Part shown: piece by piece, positions 1 through 10,660 of the stretch | How the letters are laid out: every line of letters begins with the position of its first letter | How positions within the stretch are numbered: position 1 is the stretch's first letter | From: Deltaproteobacteria bacterium | GTDB taxonomy: Bacteria; Desulfobacterota; JAENJC01 | Direction of reading: 5' to 3' | DNA length: 64,000 bases | Assembly (NCBI GenBank): GCA_030646755.1 | Contig: JAUSKU010000036.1 | Span: 3,465 to 67,464 of the forward strand | Made by a program: the position numbers and the translations under genes | The notes under the pieces: model-generated | Databases searched by the model: none | What the model was told of the DNA's origin: nothing | The model's input: only the letters and a program-made list of their open reading frames with translations

Positions 1-459
1 CAGGCAGCAGAGGAATTCAAGGCATTGTCAGGTGCGGCAAGGGACGCAGGAGTGCATGACAAGATGTTCGGCGTGTTTCACGATGCCGGTTACAAGGGGA
101 TGTACGCAGGAATGGGAAGAGACTCTATTAAAAAACATAAAAACATCCCCGAAAAAGAAAACCTTATGGACCGCATGGGAACAACCGAACTCGCTGCAAA
201 CCAGTTCCGCATGACACAAACCCGCGACAAACTGGCGCGTGAACGCGTAAAGGATCAACAGATTGCGATAAGGACCCATGAAAACGTTGGGAAAGAAGTT
301 AGAGACGCAATAAAGCGCATTGGTGGTACACTCCCTGAGCATATCCCACCGGCAGAACATATAAAGCAAGTTGAAAAAAGAGTAAAAACTACATCACCTA
401 AGTTGGAACTGGATGATAAAGACGCAAAGGGTCTAATCGGAGATTCGGAAAGTGAATAA
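1..459 (+). CDS. dinD: DNA damage-inducible protein D (DinD) family, C-terminal part; the 5' end lies outside the window
   Basis: The frame is open from base 1 and is in frame with the listed ORF 25..459. Segments HDAGYKGMYAGMG, MGTTELAANQFRMTQT and VGKEVRDAIKRIGGTLPE match the C-terminal half of E. coli DinD as I recall it. Confidence 0.7.
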   Translation, partial: QAAEEFKALSGAARDAGVHDKMFGVFHDAGYKGMYAGMGRDSIKKHKNIPEKENLMDRMGTTELAANQFRMTQTRDKLARERVKDQQIAIRTHENVGKEVRDAIKRIGGTLPEHIPPAEHIKQVEKRVKTTSPKLELDDKDAKGLIGDSESE

Positions 460-537
460 GAATACCTGAAATGCCTTTTTATGAGGGAAGGACTTTAAGG
501 CGATAGGTGGTTCGATAAAAGCAGGAGATATTTTTTA

Positions 538-1749
538 ATGCGTTCAGTGGACGTCATAATAATAGGTGCAAGTCTTTCCGGCGCTGCGGCGGCCAAGAGG
601 CTGGTGGATGCGGGACTTGAGACCCTAATTATAGAGAGGGCATCTCTTCCCCGCCACAAGATATGCAGCGGCATCCTTTCACCGCGCGGGCACAGGTTCC
701 TCCTTGAAAACTTCGGCCCCCTGCCGAGGGAGGTCCTTCATGATCCCACATCGTGCAGGGGCGTTACATTCCATTTCCCAAGCATGGTATCTTTCCCCAT
801 GGATTTTTTCGGAGGGACAACGCCGCACCTCTACAGGAAATTCTCGGACTACTGGGCAGTAAAGAGGAGCGGGGCCGAGGTCCACGACAGGACTACATTC
901 ACCGGCCTCGAAGACAATGGAGATCATGTAATAGTCCACACCCGCGACAGAGAGGGCGGATCCGTGAGTTACAGGGCGAAATACCTCATAGGGGCCGACG
1001 GGCCAACCTCTCCAGTCGTCAGGGCCTTATACCCCAACTATCCAAAGCAGATACCGTGGTTCTTTGTTGGGCAGAAGCTGCACGAGATAATAGAATGCCC
1101 ATTGGATGAGGAGTATTTCCACTTCTGGTTCCACCCCGGGCTTGGGCATTACACCTGGAGCCATGCCAGGGACGGGAAGCAGATAGTTGGAGTCGGGTTC
1201 AAGGTAGGGGAAAGCTTTGACCGGAAGCAGGCGAACGTTGTGAGGTATCTGGAGGAGAAGCATGGGGTCATATTGAATCCCCAGCCGGAGCCTGACGGTA
1301 CGGCTGAAAACTTCGGCCCTTCCCTGATAAACCGCTATGTCTTCGGCAAAGGCAACGCCATCATTACAGGCCAGGCAGCCGGTTTCTTGAACATGATTGG
1401 CGAAGGGATGAGCTGTGCCCTTCACTCCGGTGCCATTGCAGGAGAGGCTATAATAGACTCTAATGTCAGGAACCGTTCGCTCCAGGAACTGTACAGGAAG
1501 ATGATCGCCTCCGAGGTGCGCCGGACATCGGACCAGTGGAACCCCTTTAAGGTTGCCCTTGGACGCCCCCACGAGGCCGACTTCCCAGAGGCGTTCCTGA
1601 AGCTTAGCATGAAGGATAGGGCCAGGGTGCTCAAGGACACATGGAACTTCCTCCTCCTATACAAGGAGTTCAAGTGGGGCCGCCAGATCATCGCTGCAGG
1701 CGCCGAAAGGATGCTCAAGGGCGGATACTCGATGAAGGAATGGAAGTGA
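538..1749 (+). CDS. FAD-dependent oxidoreductase, geranylgeranyl-reductase family
   Basis: 403-aa ORF with an N-terminal dinucleotide-binding motif VDVIIIGASLSGAAAAKRL..IIER. An aggaga sequence lies upstream of the ATG. Confidence 0.75.
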   Translation: MRSVDVIIIGASLSGAAAAKRLVDAGLETLIIERASLPRHKICSGILSPRGHRFLLENFGPLPREVLHDPTSCRGVTFHFPSMVSFPMDFFGGTTPHLYRKFSDYWAVKRSGAEVHDRTTFTGLEDNGDHVIVHTRDREGGSVSYRAKYLIGADGPTSPVVRALYPNYPKQIPWFFVGQKLHEIIECPLDEEYFHFWFHPGLGHYTWSHARDGKQIVGVGFKVGESFDRKQANVVRYLEEKHGVILNPQPEPDGTAENFGPSLINRYVFGKGNAIITGQAAGFLNMIGEGMSCALHSGAIAGEAIIDSNVRNRSLQELYRKMIASEVRRTSDQWNPFKVALGRPHEADFPEAFLKLSMKDRARVLKDTWNFLLLYKEFKWGRQIIAAGAERMLKGGYSMKEWK

Positions 1750-1859
1750 TTTAGGTAATCAAAAGGCTTGGAAAAATAATCAGCGCACATTATCCGTCTC
1801 CAGTTAAGGTTACTGCAAACAGCGACTCGGAGGCGTATGCGGGGATTAACGCCAGCGAA

Positions 1860-2306
1860 TTAAGGGAGATGGTGGCGTAAGATTTTTTCAAGTTTTTTTC
1901 GGGCCATATCTGCCCTTGCGGGGTCTGTCTTCTTGAAAAACCCCAGGATATCATAAGCAATCTTCTTATAATCAAAAGGTTTGACTATATACCCCTGAAT
2001 CCCTAATCGTTCAAATTTGCTGACTTCATCGATGTCATCTATTGAGGTAGAGATAATTACTGTTGTATTGCCATCTTTAAGCGCCTCACGTATCTCCTTT
2101 AGTGCCAAATACCCCGTCATAACCGGCATAACTATGTCCAGCACAAGGATGTCAGGGTGCCACGTTTTATAAGCTTCCAAAGCCTTATCTCCGTTAATGA
2201 CAAGCTTTTTGTCGAAGACGAGATCAGGAAGGGCCTTATCGTAAAGGGCCAGAAGGTCCACATCGTCTTCGGCAATAAGTATCTTGAGCTTAGCTTTCTT
2301 ATTCAT
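1860..2306 (-). CDS. Single-domain response regulator (receiver only)
   Basis: Receiver signature KILIAEDDVD..DILVLDIVMPVMTG..VKP. The ATG at 2306 follows a gaggtgg SD and overlaps the HPt stop (ATGAATAA). The longer track start at 2318 is less likely. Confidence 0.85.
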   Translation of the reverse strand: MNKKAKLKILIAEDDVDLLALYDKALPDLVFDKKLVINGDKALEAYKTWHPDILVLDIVMPVMTGYLALKEIREALKDGNTTVIISTSIDDIDEVSKFERLGIQGYIVKPFDYKKIAYDILGFFKKTDPARADMARKKLEKILRHHLP

Positions 2307-2610
2307 AAACCACCTCAACTCGCCCTATATAAACTGCAAGTTCGTCTATTCTTCTCCTTATCTCATCTGTACTGTTGTGCTTCGCAGCCTGCTCCAGTGC
2401 CGTGCCTATCTCTGAAATAGCGCTGAATCCATAACCTTCTCCTGAGCCTCTCATGCTGTGTCCAATAAAGTTGATAGTCTCATAATCACCTTTGCCTAAA
2501 GCCTCCAGCATCCTGGCGATATCCTTTTTCCTGTTTTCGAGGTACCCCGGAATCAGGTTCGCTATCTCCGGGTCTGCCTGGATGACGATTTTTTCACTGC
2601 TACCTGCCAT
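2299..2610 (-). CDS. Stand-alone histidine phosphotransfer (HPt) protein
   Basis: 103 aa with an HPt-type motif GHSMRGSGEGYGF. Tightly packed between the hybrid kinase (stop 2613) and the receiver gene. Confidence 0.75.
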   Translation of the reverse strand: MAGSSEKIVIQADPEIANLIPGYLENRKKDIARMLEALGKGDYETINFIGHSMRGSGEGYGFSAISEIGTALEQAAKHNSTDEIRRRIDELAVYIGRVEVVYE

Positions 2611-2612
2611 AA

Positions 2613-4436
2613 TTATCCTTTCTTAGCATATTTGGCAATCACCTCCAGTAGGTTTGCCTTCTTAACGGGCTTTGAGATATGGGCCGTGCAACCTGCCTGA
2701 ATACTCTTTTCCGCATCTTCTTTCAGGGCATAGGCAGTGAGGGCTATGATAGGCGTCTGACTTTTCCCGGTTTCCATCTCCCACTTCCTTATCTCCCTCG
2801 TCGCCGTGTAGCCGTCCATTACCGGCATCTGCATGTCCATAAGGACAATGTCGTATCTCCCTTTCCTGAACTTGGCTACTGCTGACTCGCCGTTTGCCGC
2901 TGTCCTTATCTTGTGAGACGATTTCTTGAGATAGGACTCTATCAGCATGCGGTTGTCCTCCGAGTCATCTACCAGAAGGATATTTAGAGGCTTTTGTCCT
3001 TCCGACATGCGAACTTCCCCTTTTTTTACAACCTCCCTTGCTGCTATACTGAACCTTGCTGTAAAGTAAAAGATGCTTCCTTCTCCAACCTTGCTTTCCA
3101 CCCATATTTTACCGCCCATCATTTCAACAAGCCTTTTGGCAATGGTGAGGCCGAGACCTGTCCCGCCATATATCCTTGCAGTTGATGAGTGGGCCTGGCT
3201 GAAGCTCTCAAAGATTCTATCCAGCTTTTCAGGTTGAATACCTATCCCTGTATCGCGTACAGAAAAAAGGAGGTCGACTTTATCCTTCTCCTGGCCGCTG
3301 GCTGCTGACCGTTGACCGCCGACTGTCAAGACCACTTCCCCCCTGTCTGTAAACTTTATCGCATTTCCGATCAGGTTAACAATGATCTGGCGCAATCTGG
3401 CGGGATCGCCATTTAAAAAATTTGGCACATCTGGACTTATGTGGTAGGAAAGTTTAAGACCCTTTTCACGGGCATTTAACCCGAACATCTCCACTGTCTT
3501 TTCGATTGTGCTATTCAGGTCGAAGTCCGCCTTTTCGAGCTCGAGGCGCCCGGCTTCCACCTTGGACAGATCAAGGAGGTCGTTGATGAGGCTCAAAAGA
3601 TTTTCCCCTGCCCTCCTGAATATATCCACATACTTCCGCTGCTCCTCGGTCAGAGATGTCTCCGAAAGAAGGTCTGACATGCCGACAATGGCGTTCATGG
3701 GGGTCCTTATCTCATGGCTCATATTGGCCAGAAAGATGCTTTTTGCCTGGTTAGCAGCCTCCGCCTCTTCCTTGGCTTGTTGTATCTTTTCTTCGGCCTT
3801 ATTGCGCTCCGCAATGTCACGGTTTATTATAATGATTGCGAAGATAACGATGCTCAAAGCCAGGACGCTTCCAAAAATGATTATATAAACGGCATTCTGT
3901 GTACTTGTCTTGACCTTCTCTGACCGTTGCAATAACAACGCATATTCTTCACCTTCCATCTCATGAATAATCCCCCGTATCTCATTCATGAGATACGTTC
4001 CTATATCGGTTTCTATGGCCTTTTTTGCAGCCTCATATCCACTGTTTCGTCTTAGGTCAACTAGCTCCGCCTGAAAAGCCCTGTTTGCATGAATTAACGG
4101 CTCAAGGTTATGCAGCATCTCGTGTAGATTCGGGTTGTCTGCGGTTAACGCGAGAACACCTATGACTTGTTCATCTATAACCATAGATGCTGCATAGTAT
4201 GGTTCGAGATGGTCCTCGTCCCCGGTTATGACGTATCCGCGGCTTCCGGTTTCGAGATCCTTGATTAGTGAAACAATGTCTTCAAGGTCTGCAAGGGTCT
4301 CATAAGTATGCGTCTTCAAGACGCTGTCCCCGACAAGCCTTATTATGCTCCGGAAGGAAACTATACTGACTAAGAGCAAAAGTAACAGCGCGAACCCGAA
4401 ACCCACATTCATCTTTTTTGCTATAGAAAGTTTCAT
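2613..4436 (-). CDS. Hybrid sensor histidine kinase (CHASE3 sensor, HisKA, HATPase, C-terminal receiver)
   Basis: N-terminal TM segment followed by a CHASE3-like region ([19 protein letters not shown]) and a second TM segment. H-box [15 protein letters not shown]-boxes DTGIGI and GGTGLGL, and receiver [23 protein letters not shown]. Confidence 0.9.
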   Translation of the reverse strand: MKLSIAKKMNVGFGFALLLLLLVSIVSFRSIIRLVGDSVLKTHTYETLADLEDIVSLIKDLETGSRGYVITGDEDHLEPYYAASMVIDEQVIGVLALTADNPNLHEMLHNLEPLIHANRAFQAELVDLRRNSGYEAAKKAIETDIGTYLMNEIRGIIHEMEGEEYALLLQRSEKVKTSTQNAVYIIIFGSVLALSIVIFAIIIINRDIAERNKAEEKIQQAKEEAEAANQAKSIFLANMSHEIRTPMNAIVGMSDLLSETSLTEEQRKYVDIFRRAGENLLSLINDLLDLSKVEAGRLELEKADFDLNSTIEKTVEMFGLNAREKGLKLSYHISPDVPNFLNGDPARLRQIIVNLIGNAIKFTDRGEVVLTVGGQRSAASGQEKDKVDLLFSVRDTGIGIQPEKLDRIFESFSQAHSSTARIYGGTGLGLTIAKRLVEMMGGKIWVESKVGEGSIFYFTARFSIAAREVVKKGEVRMSEGQKPLNILLVDDSEDNRMLIESYLKKSSHKIRTAANGESAVAKFRKGRYDIVLMDMQMPVMDGYTATREIRKWEMETGKSQTPIIALTAYALKEDAEKSIQAGCTAHISKPVKKANLLEVIAKYAKKG

Positions 4437-4517
4437 AACTCTTATTTGTTCCTTATCATTACCTTTTACCCGATATAAAGCCTTATCGCCACACCAGTAT
4501 ATGCCAAACCCTTAAGC

Positions 4518-4625
4518 TAAGCCGTCGTTCAAAATTAACCTGGACATCAGAATGGCGGGAACGGCATAAGGGGCCGTAAAGGCTTAACCAGAAAAGCACT
4601 GGTTATTCCTTAACGACTCCTAAGT
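4518..4625 (-). repeat. 108-nt dispersed structured element, copy A (reverse orientation relative to copy B at 22887..22994)
   Basis: Its reverse complement aligns by eye to 22887..22994 with about 7 mismatches in 108 nt. It lies in the divergent kinase/polX intergenic region. Confidence 0.8.
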
Positions 4626-4725
4626 TTGCATATGAAAATATACCTTTAACGACTACATCCTGCAACCAAAATTAGGATAATTGCCGGAGTTGACGATTTT
4701 CGCATCCTCGTATAACCTTTGGAAC

Positions 4726-6459
4726 ATGGAAAATCTCGACATAGCAAAGGTGTTTTACGAGATAGCGGACCTCCTTGAGATAAAGGGGGAGAACCCTTTC
4801 AGGATACGTTCCTACAGGAATGCAGGACTTGTCATAGAGGGGCTGCCTGTGAATATTAAAAGCATAGTTGAAAGGAACGAGGAGGAGTTGGAGGAGATAC
4901 CGGGGATTGGCGAGAGCCTCCATGAGAAGATAGTCGAGATACTTAAGACAGGTAAAAGTCATTTTCATCAGGAACTATTAAGGGAGCTTTCGCCAAGTCT
5001 CCTTGATCTCCTGAAGGTTTCCGGCGTTGGTCCGAAAAAAGTGAAGCTTTTCTATGACGAGCTTGGAATAAAGTCTATTGAAGAGCTTGAAAAGGCGGCT
5101 ACTGCTGGGAAACTCCGAGGTCTTCCGGGAATGGGAGAGAAGAGCGAGGAGAAGATCCTAAAGGGGATCAAGAGCTTCCAGGCCACCGTCGGGAGGTTCG
5201 GACTGGCTGTCGGGCTTTCTTATGCAGACCAGATTGTTGAATACCTTAAAAAGACACCGGGAGTGATAGATGCAGTTCCTGCCGGAAGCCTCAGGAGATG
5301 GAAGGAGACAATAGGGGACTTAGACATCCTCGTGACGGCAAAGAAGGCGAGTACTGTCATGGACAGATTCGTTTCATTCCCTGATGTGGCGAGCGTTGTC
5401 GCAAAAGGGGATACTAAAACTACGGTAATGCTGAAGAACGGGATGCAGACTGATGTTCGGGTACTGGATAAGAAGTCCTTCGGCGCTGCCCTTCAGTATT
5501 TCACTGGCTCAAAGGCCCATAACGTGGCGTTGCGAGACAGGGCGAACAGGATGGGGCTTAAGATAAGCGAATATGGAGTATTCAGGGAGAAGGACGAGAA
5601 ATGGATTGCTGGCGAAAAAGAGGAGGATGTATACAAGGCAGTGGGTCTTCCCTACATCCCGCCGGAGCTTCGCGAGAACAGGGGCGAGATTGGGGCCGCA
5701 GAAAAGGGAAAACTGCCGAAGTTGATCGAGGTTGATGATATTAAAGGCGACCTCCATATCCACACAAAGGCGAGCGACGGCGGGAACACCATCGAAGTGC
5801 TGGCGGAGTATGCCGTTAAGAAGGGATATGAATACATAGCAATAACAGACCACTCAAAGGCCGTTGGAATCGCCCACGGGCTTAATGAAGAAAGACTTCT
5901 TAAACAGATTGAAGAGATTGACAGGTTCAATAAACGTCTCACTTCTCACGGCTCACCTTTCACGGTTCTTAAAGGCACAGAGGTTGATATTAAGGGTGAC
6001 GGGACCCTTGACCACAGCGAGGAGGCATTGAAAAAGCTTGATGTAGTGGTCGCCACCGTCCATTCCAAGTTCAACATGACCGAAGAGGATATGACGAAGA
6101 GGATAATAAACGCCATTGAGACCGGCTTAGTGCATGTCATAGCCCATCCCACGGGGAGGCTCCTCACGGGAAGGGAGCCTTACCCTGTGAATATGGAAAA
6201 GCTCCTGGAGGCTGCTAAAAAGCATAATGTCGCCATGGAGGTCAACGCATATCCCGACAGGCTTGACCTGAACGACGTCCATTGCAAGATGGCAAAGGAT
6301 ATGGGGGTGATGCTTGTCATATCAACGGACACCCATCATTACCTACAGATGGATTATATGAGGTTCGGGGTCAATAACGCCCGGCGTGGATGGGTTGAGA
6401 AGAAGGATGTATTGAATACAAGACCGTTAAATGAGCTATTGAAAATGATAAACAGGTAG
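4726..6459 (+). CDS. polX: Family X DNA polymerase with C-terminal PHP domain (PolX)
   Basis: Starts MENLDIAKVFYEIADLLEIKGENPFRIRSYRNA (helix-hairpin-helix N-terminus). Contains GSLRR..IGDLDILV and PHP-domain motifs LHIHTKASDG and ITDHS. The TTG at 4681 in the track is probably an artefactual extension. Confidence 0.88.
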   Translation: MENLDIAKVFYEIADLLEIKGENPFRIRSYRNAGLVIEGLPVNIKSIVERNEEELEEIPGIGESLHEKIVEILKTGKSHFHQELLRELSPSLLDLLKVSGVGPKKVKLFYDELGIKSIEELEKAATAGKLRGLPGMGEKSEEKILKGIKSFQATVGRFGLAVGLSYADQIVEYLKKTPGVIDAVPAGSLRRWKETIGDLDILVTAKKASTVMDRFVSFPDVASVVAKGDTKTTVMLKNGMQTDVRVLDKKSFGAALQYFTGSKAHNVALRDRANRMGLKISEYGVFREKDEKWIAGEKEEDVYKAVGLPYIPPELRENRGEIGAAEKGKLPKLIEVDDIKGDLHIHTKASDGGNTIEVLAEYAVKKGYEYIAITDHSKAVGIAHGLNEERLLKQIEEIDRFNKRLTSHGSPFTVLKGTEVDIKGDGTLDHSEEALKKLDVVVATVHSKFNMTEEDMTKRIINAIETGLVHVIAHPTGRLLTGREPYPVNMEKLLEAAKKHNVAMEVNAYPDRLDLNDVHCKMAKDMGVMLVISTDTHHYLQMDYMRFGVNNARRGWVEKKDVLNTRPLNELLKMINR

Positions 6460-6564
6460 GGTGAATTTGGCGACCACTTAACCTTATGTATTTTTTTAAA
6501 CTTCCCTGATATAATGCCAGGATCAAGAGTATCCGGGTTATAAATCTCGTGTAGGGGGGTATAT

Positions 6565-7794
6565 ATGGCAATTAAAAACATGAGGGTCCTTGCAATGGTT
6601 ATGGCTGGGGGAAAAGGGACGAGGCTTTTCCCGCTGACACAGGAGAGGGCCAAGCCCGCTGTGCCGTTTGGAGGGAAGTACAGGATCGTGGATTTTGTCC
6701 TGAGCAACTTGGTAAATTCCGGCATCTACTCGACTTATGTGCTGACACAGTTCAAGGCCCAGTCCCTCATGGAGCACCTTAAGGACGGCTGGCGATTCGG
6801 GACCATGCTGAGAGACCAGTTTGTGACCATAGTCCCCGCCCAGATGAGGACAGGAGAGGAGTGGTACAAGGGGACCGCTGATGCCATATACCAGAACGTC
6901 AACCTCATAAAGCGTTTTGCCCCCGACATAGTCCTCATCTTCGGCGCAGACCACGTATACAGGATGGACATCAGGCAGATGATTGATTTCCATATTAAGA
7001 ATAAGGCTGATGTGACCGTTTCAGCCCTGCCAGTCTCATTGGAGGAGGCCAGCCAGTTTGGGATCATCCAGACCGACAAAAAGGGGAGGATTGAGGGGTT
7101 TCAGGAAAAGCCGAAAAAACCCATCCCAATGCCCAATGACCCCACAAAGGCGCTGATCTCCATGGGGAACTACATATTCAACACCGACTTCCTGATAGAC
7201 GTTCTTGAGAAGGATGCAAAGGAAGACACTGAACATGACTTCGGGAAATCAATCTTACCGAGCATCTACAAGAAGTCCCGCCTATTCGTCTATGACTTTA
7301 TGACCAACAATGTCCCAGGCGCATCTGAAATAGAGAGAGGATACTGGCGGGACGTGGGTACCATAAAGACATACTGGGAGACCAATATGGACCTGAGGAG
7401 GATAGATTCCACATTCAACCTTTACAACACTAAGTGGCCCATCAGGACTGCCAGCTACGGAGCGCCGCCGGCCAAGTTCTGCTATGACAAAAAAGGTAAA
7501 AGGGGAAGCGTGATAAACTCCGTGGTATCGGAGGGATGCATTGTGACAGGCGCTAATGTCCAGGATTCTGTCCTTGGGAGAAACGTTCACATCAACAGCA
7601 GCGCCAGTATAATCAACTCGATAATCATGGATGGCGTGGAGATAGGCGAAGGGTGCAAGATCAACATGGCTATTATAGACAAGAACGTAAAGATACCAGC
7701 GGGAACAGAGATAGGATACAATTTTGAGGAAGATAAAAAGAAATATTACATGGACAAGGAGTCCAGTATCATCGTCATCCCGAAGGCGGATTGA
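6565..7794 (+). CDS. glgC: Glucose-1-phosphate adenylyltransferase
   Basis: Motifs MAGGKGTRLFPLT, FGGKYRIVDFVLSN and a C-terminal left-handed beta-helix region. 409 aa. Confidence 0.92.
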   Translation: MAIKNMRVLAMVMAGGKGTRLFPLTQERAKPAVPFGGKYRIVDFVLSNLVNSGIYSTYVLTQFKAQSLMEHLKDGWRFGTMLRDQFVTIVPAQMRTGEEWYKGTADAIYQNVNLIKRFAPDIVLIFGADHVYRMDIRQMIDFHIKNKADVTVSALPVSLEEASQFGIIQTDKKGRIEGFQEKPKKPIPMPNDPTKALISMGNYIFNTDFLIDVLEKDAKEDTEHDFGKSILPSIYKKSRLFVYDFMTNNVPGASEIERGYWRDVGTIKTYWETNMDLRRIDSTFNLYNTKWPIRTASYGAPPAKFCYDKKGKRGSVINSVVSEGCIVTGANVQDSVLGRNVHINSSASIINSIIMDGVEIGEGCKINMAIIDKNVKIPAGTEIGYNFEEDKKKYYMDKESSIIVIPKAD

Positions 7795-8032
7795 GGCCTT
7801 CTCATCTTCTCTTTCACCTGCTATTTTTAATACATGGAGATAAATGAGGTAATGCAGAAGCTTCCCGGCAAGGACTGCGGCCTGATGAATTATGATAAGT
7901 AAGGCAAAGGATGGCGTCAAGGTGAGGCTGGAAGGGATATGGATAGAATAACCGTAACCACCTTTACATCGTAACGCTGGCCAAGCATTACTTATTGCTG
8001 CAATACTGACCAATTATTTTTCTTGACAAGAG

Positions 8033-8061
8033 TGCTCAATATTGGTATAAAAAACCACTTA
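8033..8061 (+). promoter_or_regulatory. Sigma70-type promoter for tRNA-Val (and possibly thrS)
   Basis: TTGACA (8033-8038), a 17-nt spacer, then TATAAA (8056-8061). This sits 12 nt upstream of the tRNA 5' end. Confidence 0.5.
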
Positions 8062-8073
8062 GGTGCCAGATTT

Positions 8074-8148
8074 AGGCGCGTAGCTCAGTGGGAGAGCACT
8101 TCCCTGACACGGAAGGGGTCGGCAGTTCAATCCTGCCCGTGCCTACCA
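8074..8148 (+). tRNA. tRNA-Val (anticodon GAC)
   Basis: Manual cloverleaf: acceptor AGGCGCG/CGTGCCT, D arm GCTC..GAGC, anticodon arm CTTCC-CTGACAC-GGAAG, T arm GGCAG-TTCAATC-CTGCC, with an encoded CCA. Confidence 0.92.
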
Positions 8149-8257
8149 TGAAAGAACTGTTAGCCGTCAGGGCTAACATAAAAAAGTGCCGGTCTGTTCA
8201 TGACCGGCCGCCTACGCCCGTCTTGGGCTCGGGCCGTTTATCCAGAGTGGAGATGTT

Positions 8258-9979
8258 TTGAGTACAGAGGAAATTGAAGTCTTACGTCACAGCTCGGCGC
8301 ATATCCTTGCCCAGGCCGTGAAGGAGCTTTATCCTAATGCTAAGCTTGCCATAGGGCCGGCCATTGAGGAAGGCTTCTATTACGACTTTGATTTTGACAG
8401 GCCTTTTACCCCAGAAGACCTGGAGGCCATAGAGAAGCGTATGGCCGAGATAGTAAAGCGCAATCTCCCAATCGTCAGGAAGGAGCTTTCCAGGGATGAG
8501 GCCATCGGGCTTTTCAGGGAGAGGGGAGAGGATTACAAGCTTGAGTTGATAGCTGGTTTCCCTGATGAGACCTTTTCCGTCTACGAACAGGGGGATTTTA
8601 TTGACCTGTGCAGAGGGCCTCATGTTCGGTATACCGGCAAGGCGAAGGCGTACAAACTCTTGTCCATAGCAGGTGCCTACTGGCGCGGTGACGAAAAGAA
8701 CAAGATGCTTCAGAGGATCTATGGGACTGCATTTCCTACCAAGGACGAACTGAAGGCCCATCTTGATAAGCTTGAAGAGGCAAAAAAGAGGGACCACAGG
8801 AAGCTTGGAAAAGAGCTTGATCTGTTCAGCATACAGGATGAGGCCGGGGGAGGCCTTGTCCTCTGGCATCCAAAAGGGGCCAGGGTCAGGAAGGCGATAG
8901 AAGACTTCTGGAGGGATGAGCATTACAAGGCCGGTTATGAGCTGGTGTTTTCTCCTCATATAGCAAGACTGGATATCTGGAAGCAGAGCGGTCACTGGGA
9001 TTTTTACAGGGAAAACATGTATTCCCCCATGGATGTTGAAGGGATTGAGTACGAGCTCAAGCCGATGAACTGCCCCTTCCATATGATGATATACAACTCC
9101 TCCCTTAAGAGTTACAGGGACCTTCCTGTAAGGCTGGCAGAGCTTGGCACGGTTTACAGGTTTGAGAGGTCCGGTGTCCTTCACGGCCTGATGAGGGTGA
9201 GGGGTTTTACCCAGGATGACGCCCATATATACTGCACCCGTGAGCAGCTTGGAGAAGAGATTGACAGGGTCATTGACTTTGTCCTCTACATACTTAAGAC
9301 ATTCGGGTTCACCGAATTTGAGGCCTTTCTTTCCACCAGGCCGGAGAAGTTTGTCGGGGAGCCTGCTGTGTGGGACGAGGCAACGGCGGCTCTAAGAGGA
9401 GGGCTTGAAAGGCATAATCTGGCATACAAGGTGGATGAAGGCGGCGGAGCCTTTTACGGCCCTAAGATTGATTTAAAGATAAAGGATTGTTTGGGGCGTT
9501 CCTGGCAATGTTCGACCATACAGGTAGATTTTAATCTCCCAGAGAAGTTTGATGTAAGTTATGTGGCAGAGGACAGCAAAAAGCACAGGCCAATAATGAT
9601 ACACAGGGCCCTAATGGGCTCCCTGGAGCGGTTCTTCGGCGTCCTTATCGAGCATTATGCCGGGGCCTTCCCGACATGGCTTGCCCCTGTTCAGGCAATG
9701 GTCATGTCCATAACCGACAAGCATGTCCCTTATGTAAATAAGGTCGTAGACAGGCTCAGGCAGGCTGGAATGAGGGCAGAGGCCGACAAGAGGAATGAAA
9801 AGATAGGTTACAAGATCAGAGAGGCCCAGATGAAGAAAGTCCCATATATGCTGGTCATAGGGGACAAGGAGATGGAGAAGGAAGGCGTTGCGGTGAGGAA
9901 GAGGAGCGGGGAAGACCTTGGATTTATGGATATAGACGGCTTTATATCTATAATTAATGAGGAAAGCAAAAAACAGTAG
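8258..9979 (+). CDS. thrS: Threonine--tRNA ligase (lacks the N-terminal TGS domain)
   Basis: Editing-domain start [37 protein letters not shown], class II motifs and an anticodon-binding C-terminus. TTG start 6 nt after GGAG. Confidence 0.93.
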   Translation: MSTEEIEVLRHSSAHILAQAVKELYPNAKLAIGPAIEEGFYYDFDFDRPFTPEDLEAIEKRMAEIVKRNLPIVRKELSRDEAIGLFRERGEDYKLELIAGFPDETFSVYEQGDFIDLCRGPHVRYTGKAKAYKLLSIAGAYWRGDEKNKMLQRIYGTAFPTKDELKAHLDKLEEAKKRDHRKLGKELDLFSIQDEAGGGLVLWHPKGARVRKAIEDFWRDEHYKAGYELVFSPHIARLDIWKQSGHWDFYRENMYSPMDVEGIEYELKPMNCPFHMMIYNSSLKSYRDLPVRLAELGTVYRFERSGVLHGLMRVRGFTQDDAHIYCTREQLGEEIDRVIDFVLYILKTFGFTEFEAFLSTRPEKFVGEPAVWDEATAALRGGLERHNLAYKVDEGGGAFYGPKIDLKIKDCLGRSWQCSTIQVDFNLPEKFDVSYVAEDSKKHRPIMIHRALMGSLERFFGVLIEHYAGAFPTWLAPVQAMVMSITDKHVPYVNKVVDRLRQAGMRAEADKRNEKIGYKIREAQMKKVPYMLVIGDKEMEKEGVAVRKRSGEDLGFMDIDGFISIINEESKKQ

Positions 9980-10068
9980 GTAGTTGACGGCAGACAGTAG
10001 ACGGAAAATCCGAAGTAGTTTTTCTCTGCATGCTGTCTACTTAATTTAATGAACGGGAGGTAACTAAT

Positions 10069-10581
10069 ATCGCTAAGGAAACTGTAAGAATCAATAGGAT
10101 GATCAGAGGGACTGAGATAAGGGTAATCGGAAACGATGGTGGTCAGCTTGGGGTCATGAGCGTAAGGGACGCGCTGGCGCAAGCTGAAGCCGAGGGACTG
10201 GATCTGGTTGAGATATCTCCCCAGGCAACCCCTCCTGTGTGCCGTATCATGGACTACGGGAAGTTCAAGTACCAGCAGAGCAAGAAGGCCCATGAGGCAA
10301 AGAAAAAGCAGAGCGTTATACTGGTTAAAGAGGTCAAGCTGGGGCCAAAGACCGAGGAGCATGACTTCCAGTTCAAGTTTAAGCACGTCCTCAGGTTTTT
10401 GGAAGATGGGAATAAGGCCAAGGTCAGCGTATTTTTCAGGGGTAGGGAGATGGCCCATACCGACATAGGCAGGGTGCTGTTAGACAGGATGGCGGAGATG
10501 GTAAAGGATTTCGGCGTTATCGAACAGTCGCCAAGGCTGGAAGGAAAGAATATGACCATGATTATTGCACCGAAAAAATAA
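10069..10581 (+). CDS. infC: Translation initiation factor IF-3, probable non-AUG (AUC) start
   Basis: The conserved N-terminal motif ..[18 protein letters not shown] lies upstream of the first ATG (10099). The frame is open from 10045. GGGAGG at 10055-10060 is 8 nt before ATC 10069. Confidence 0.85.
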   Translation: MAKETVRINRMIRGTEIRVIGNDGGQLGVMSVRDALAQAEAEGLDLVEISPQATPPVCRIMDYGKFKYQQSKKAHEAKKKQSVILVKEVKLGPKTEEHDFQFKFKHVLRFLEDGNKAKVSVFFRGREMAHTDIGRVLLDRMAEMVKDFGVIEQSPRLEGKNMTMIIAPKK

Positions 10582-10588
10582 TAAATGC

Positions 10589-10642
10589 CGTGAGGCGTTA
10601 GGAGTGAGGAGTGAATTTACACCTTACACCTTACGCTTTACG
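10589..10642 (+). promoter_or_regulatory. Long imperfect RNA hairpin in the infC-rpmI spacer
   Basis: The 5' arm (10589-10613) pairs with the 3' arm (10619-10642) at 21 of 24 positions, including 3 G:U pairs. It ends 9 nt before the rpmI SD. Confidence 0.45.
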
Positions 10643-10660
10643 AATAATAAAGGAGGTAAC

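Noticed and set aside
7834-7902. 22-codon ORF MEINEVMQKLPGKDCGLMNYDK, reminiscent of the LPGxNCGxCG Fe-S motif of RnfB-like proteins
   Set aside because: Only a partial motif is present (one Cys). There is no SD and the ORF is very short, so it is at best a gene fragment.
7282-8013. 243-aa minus-strand ORF spanning the glgC 3' end and the following spacer
   Set aside because: It mostly overlaps glgC in antisense. The non-overlapping part has no motif or SD and runs toward the tRNA-Val promoter.
8159-8208. Two hairpins upstream of thrS as a tRNA-Thr anticodon-arm mimic (an E. coli-type thrS operator)
   Set aside because: The loops (GTCAG and TGTTCAT) do not resemble a tRNA-Thr anticodon loop (CU-NGU-AA), and the hairpins are not adjacent to the SD.
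8282-9226. 314-aa ORF antisense to thrS
   Set aside because: It lies entirely inside a strongly supported thrS frame. It has no recognisable motifs and a low-complexity composition, so it is a shadow ORF.
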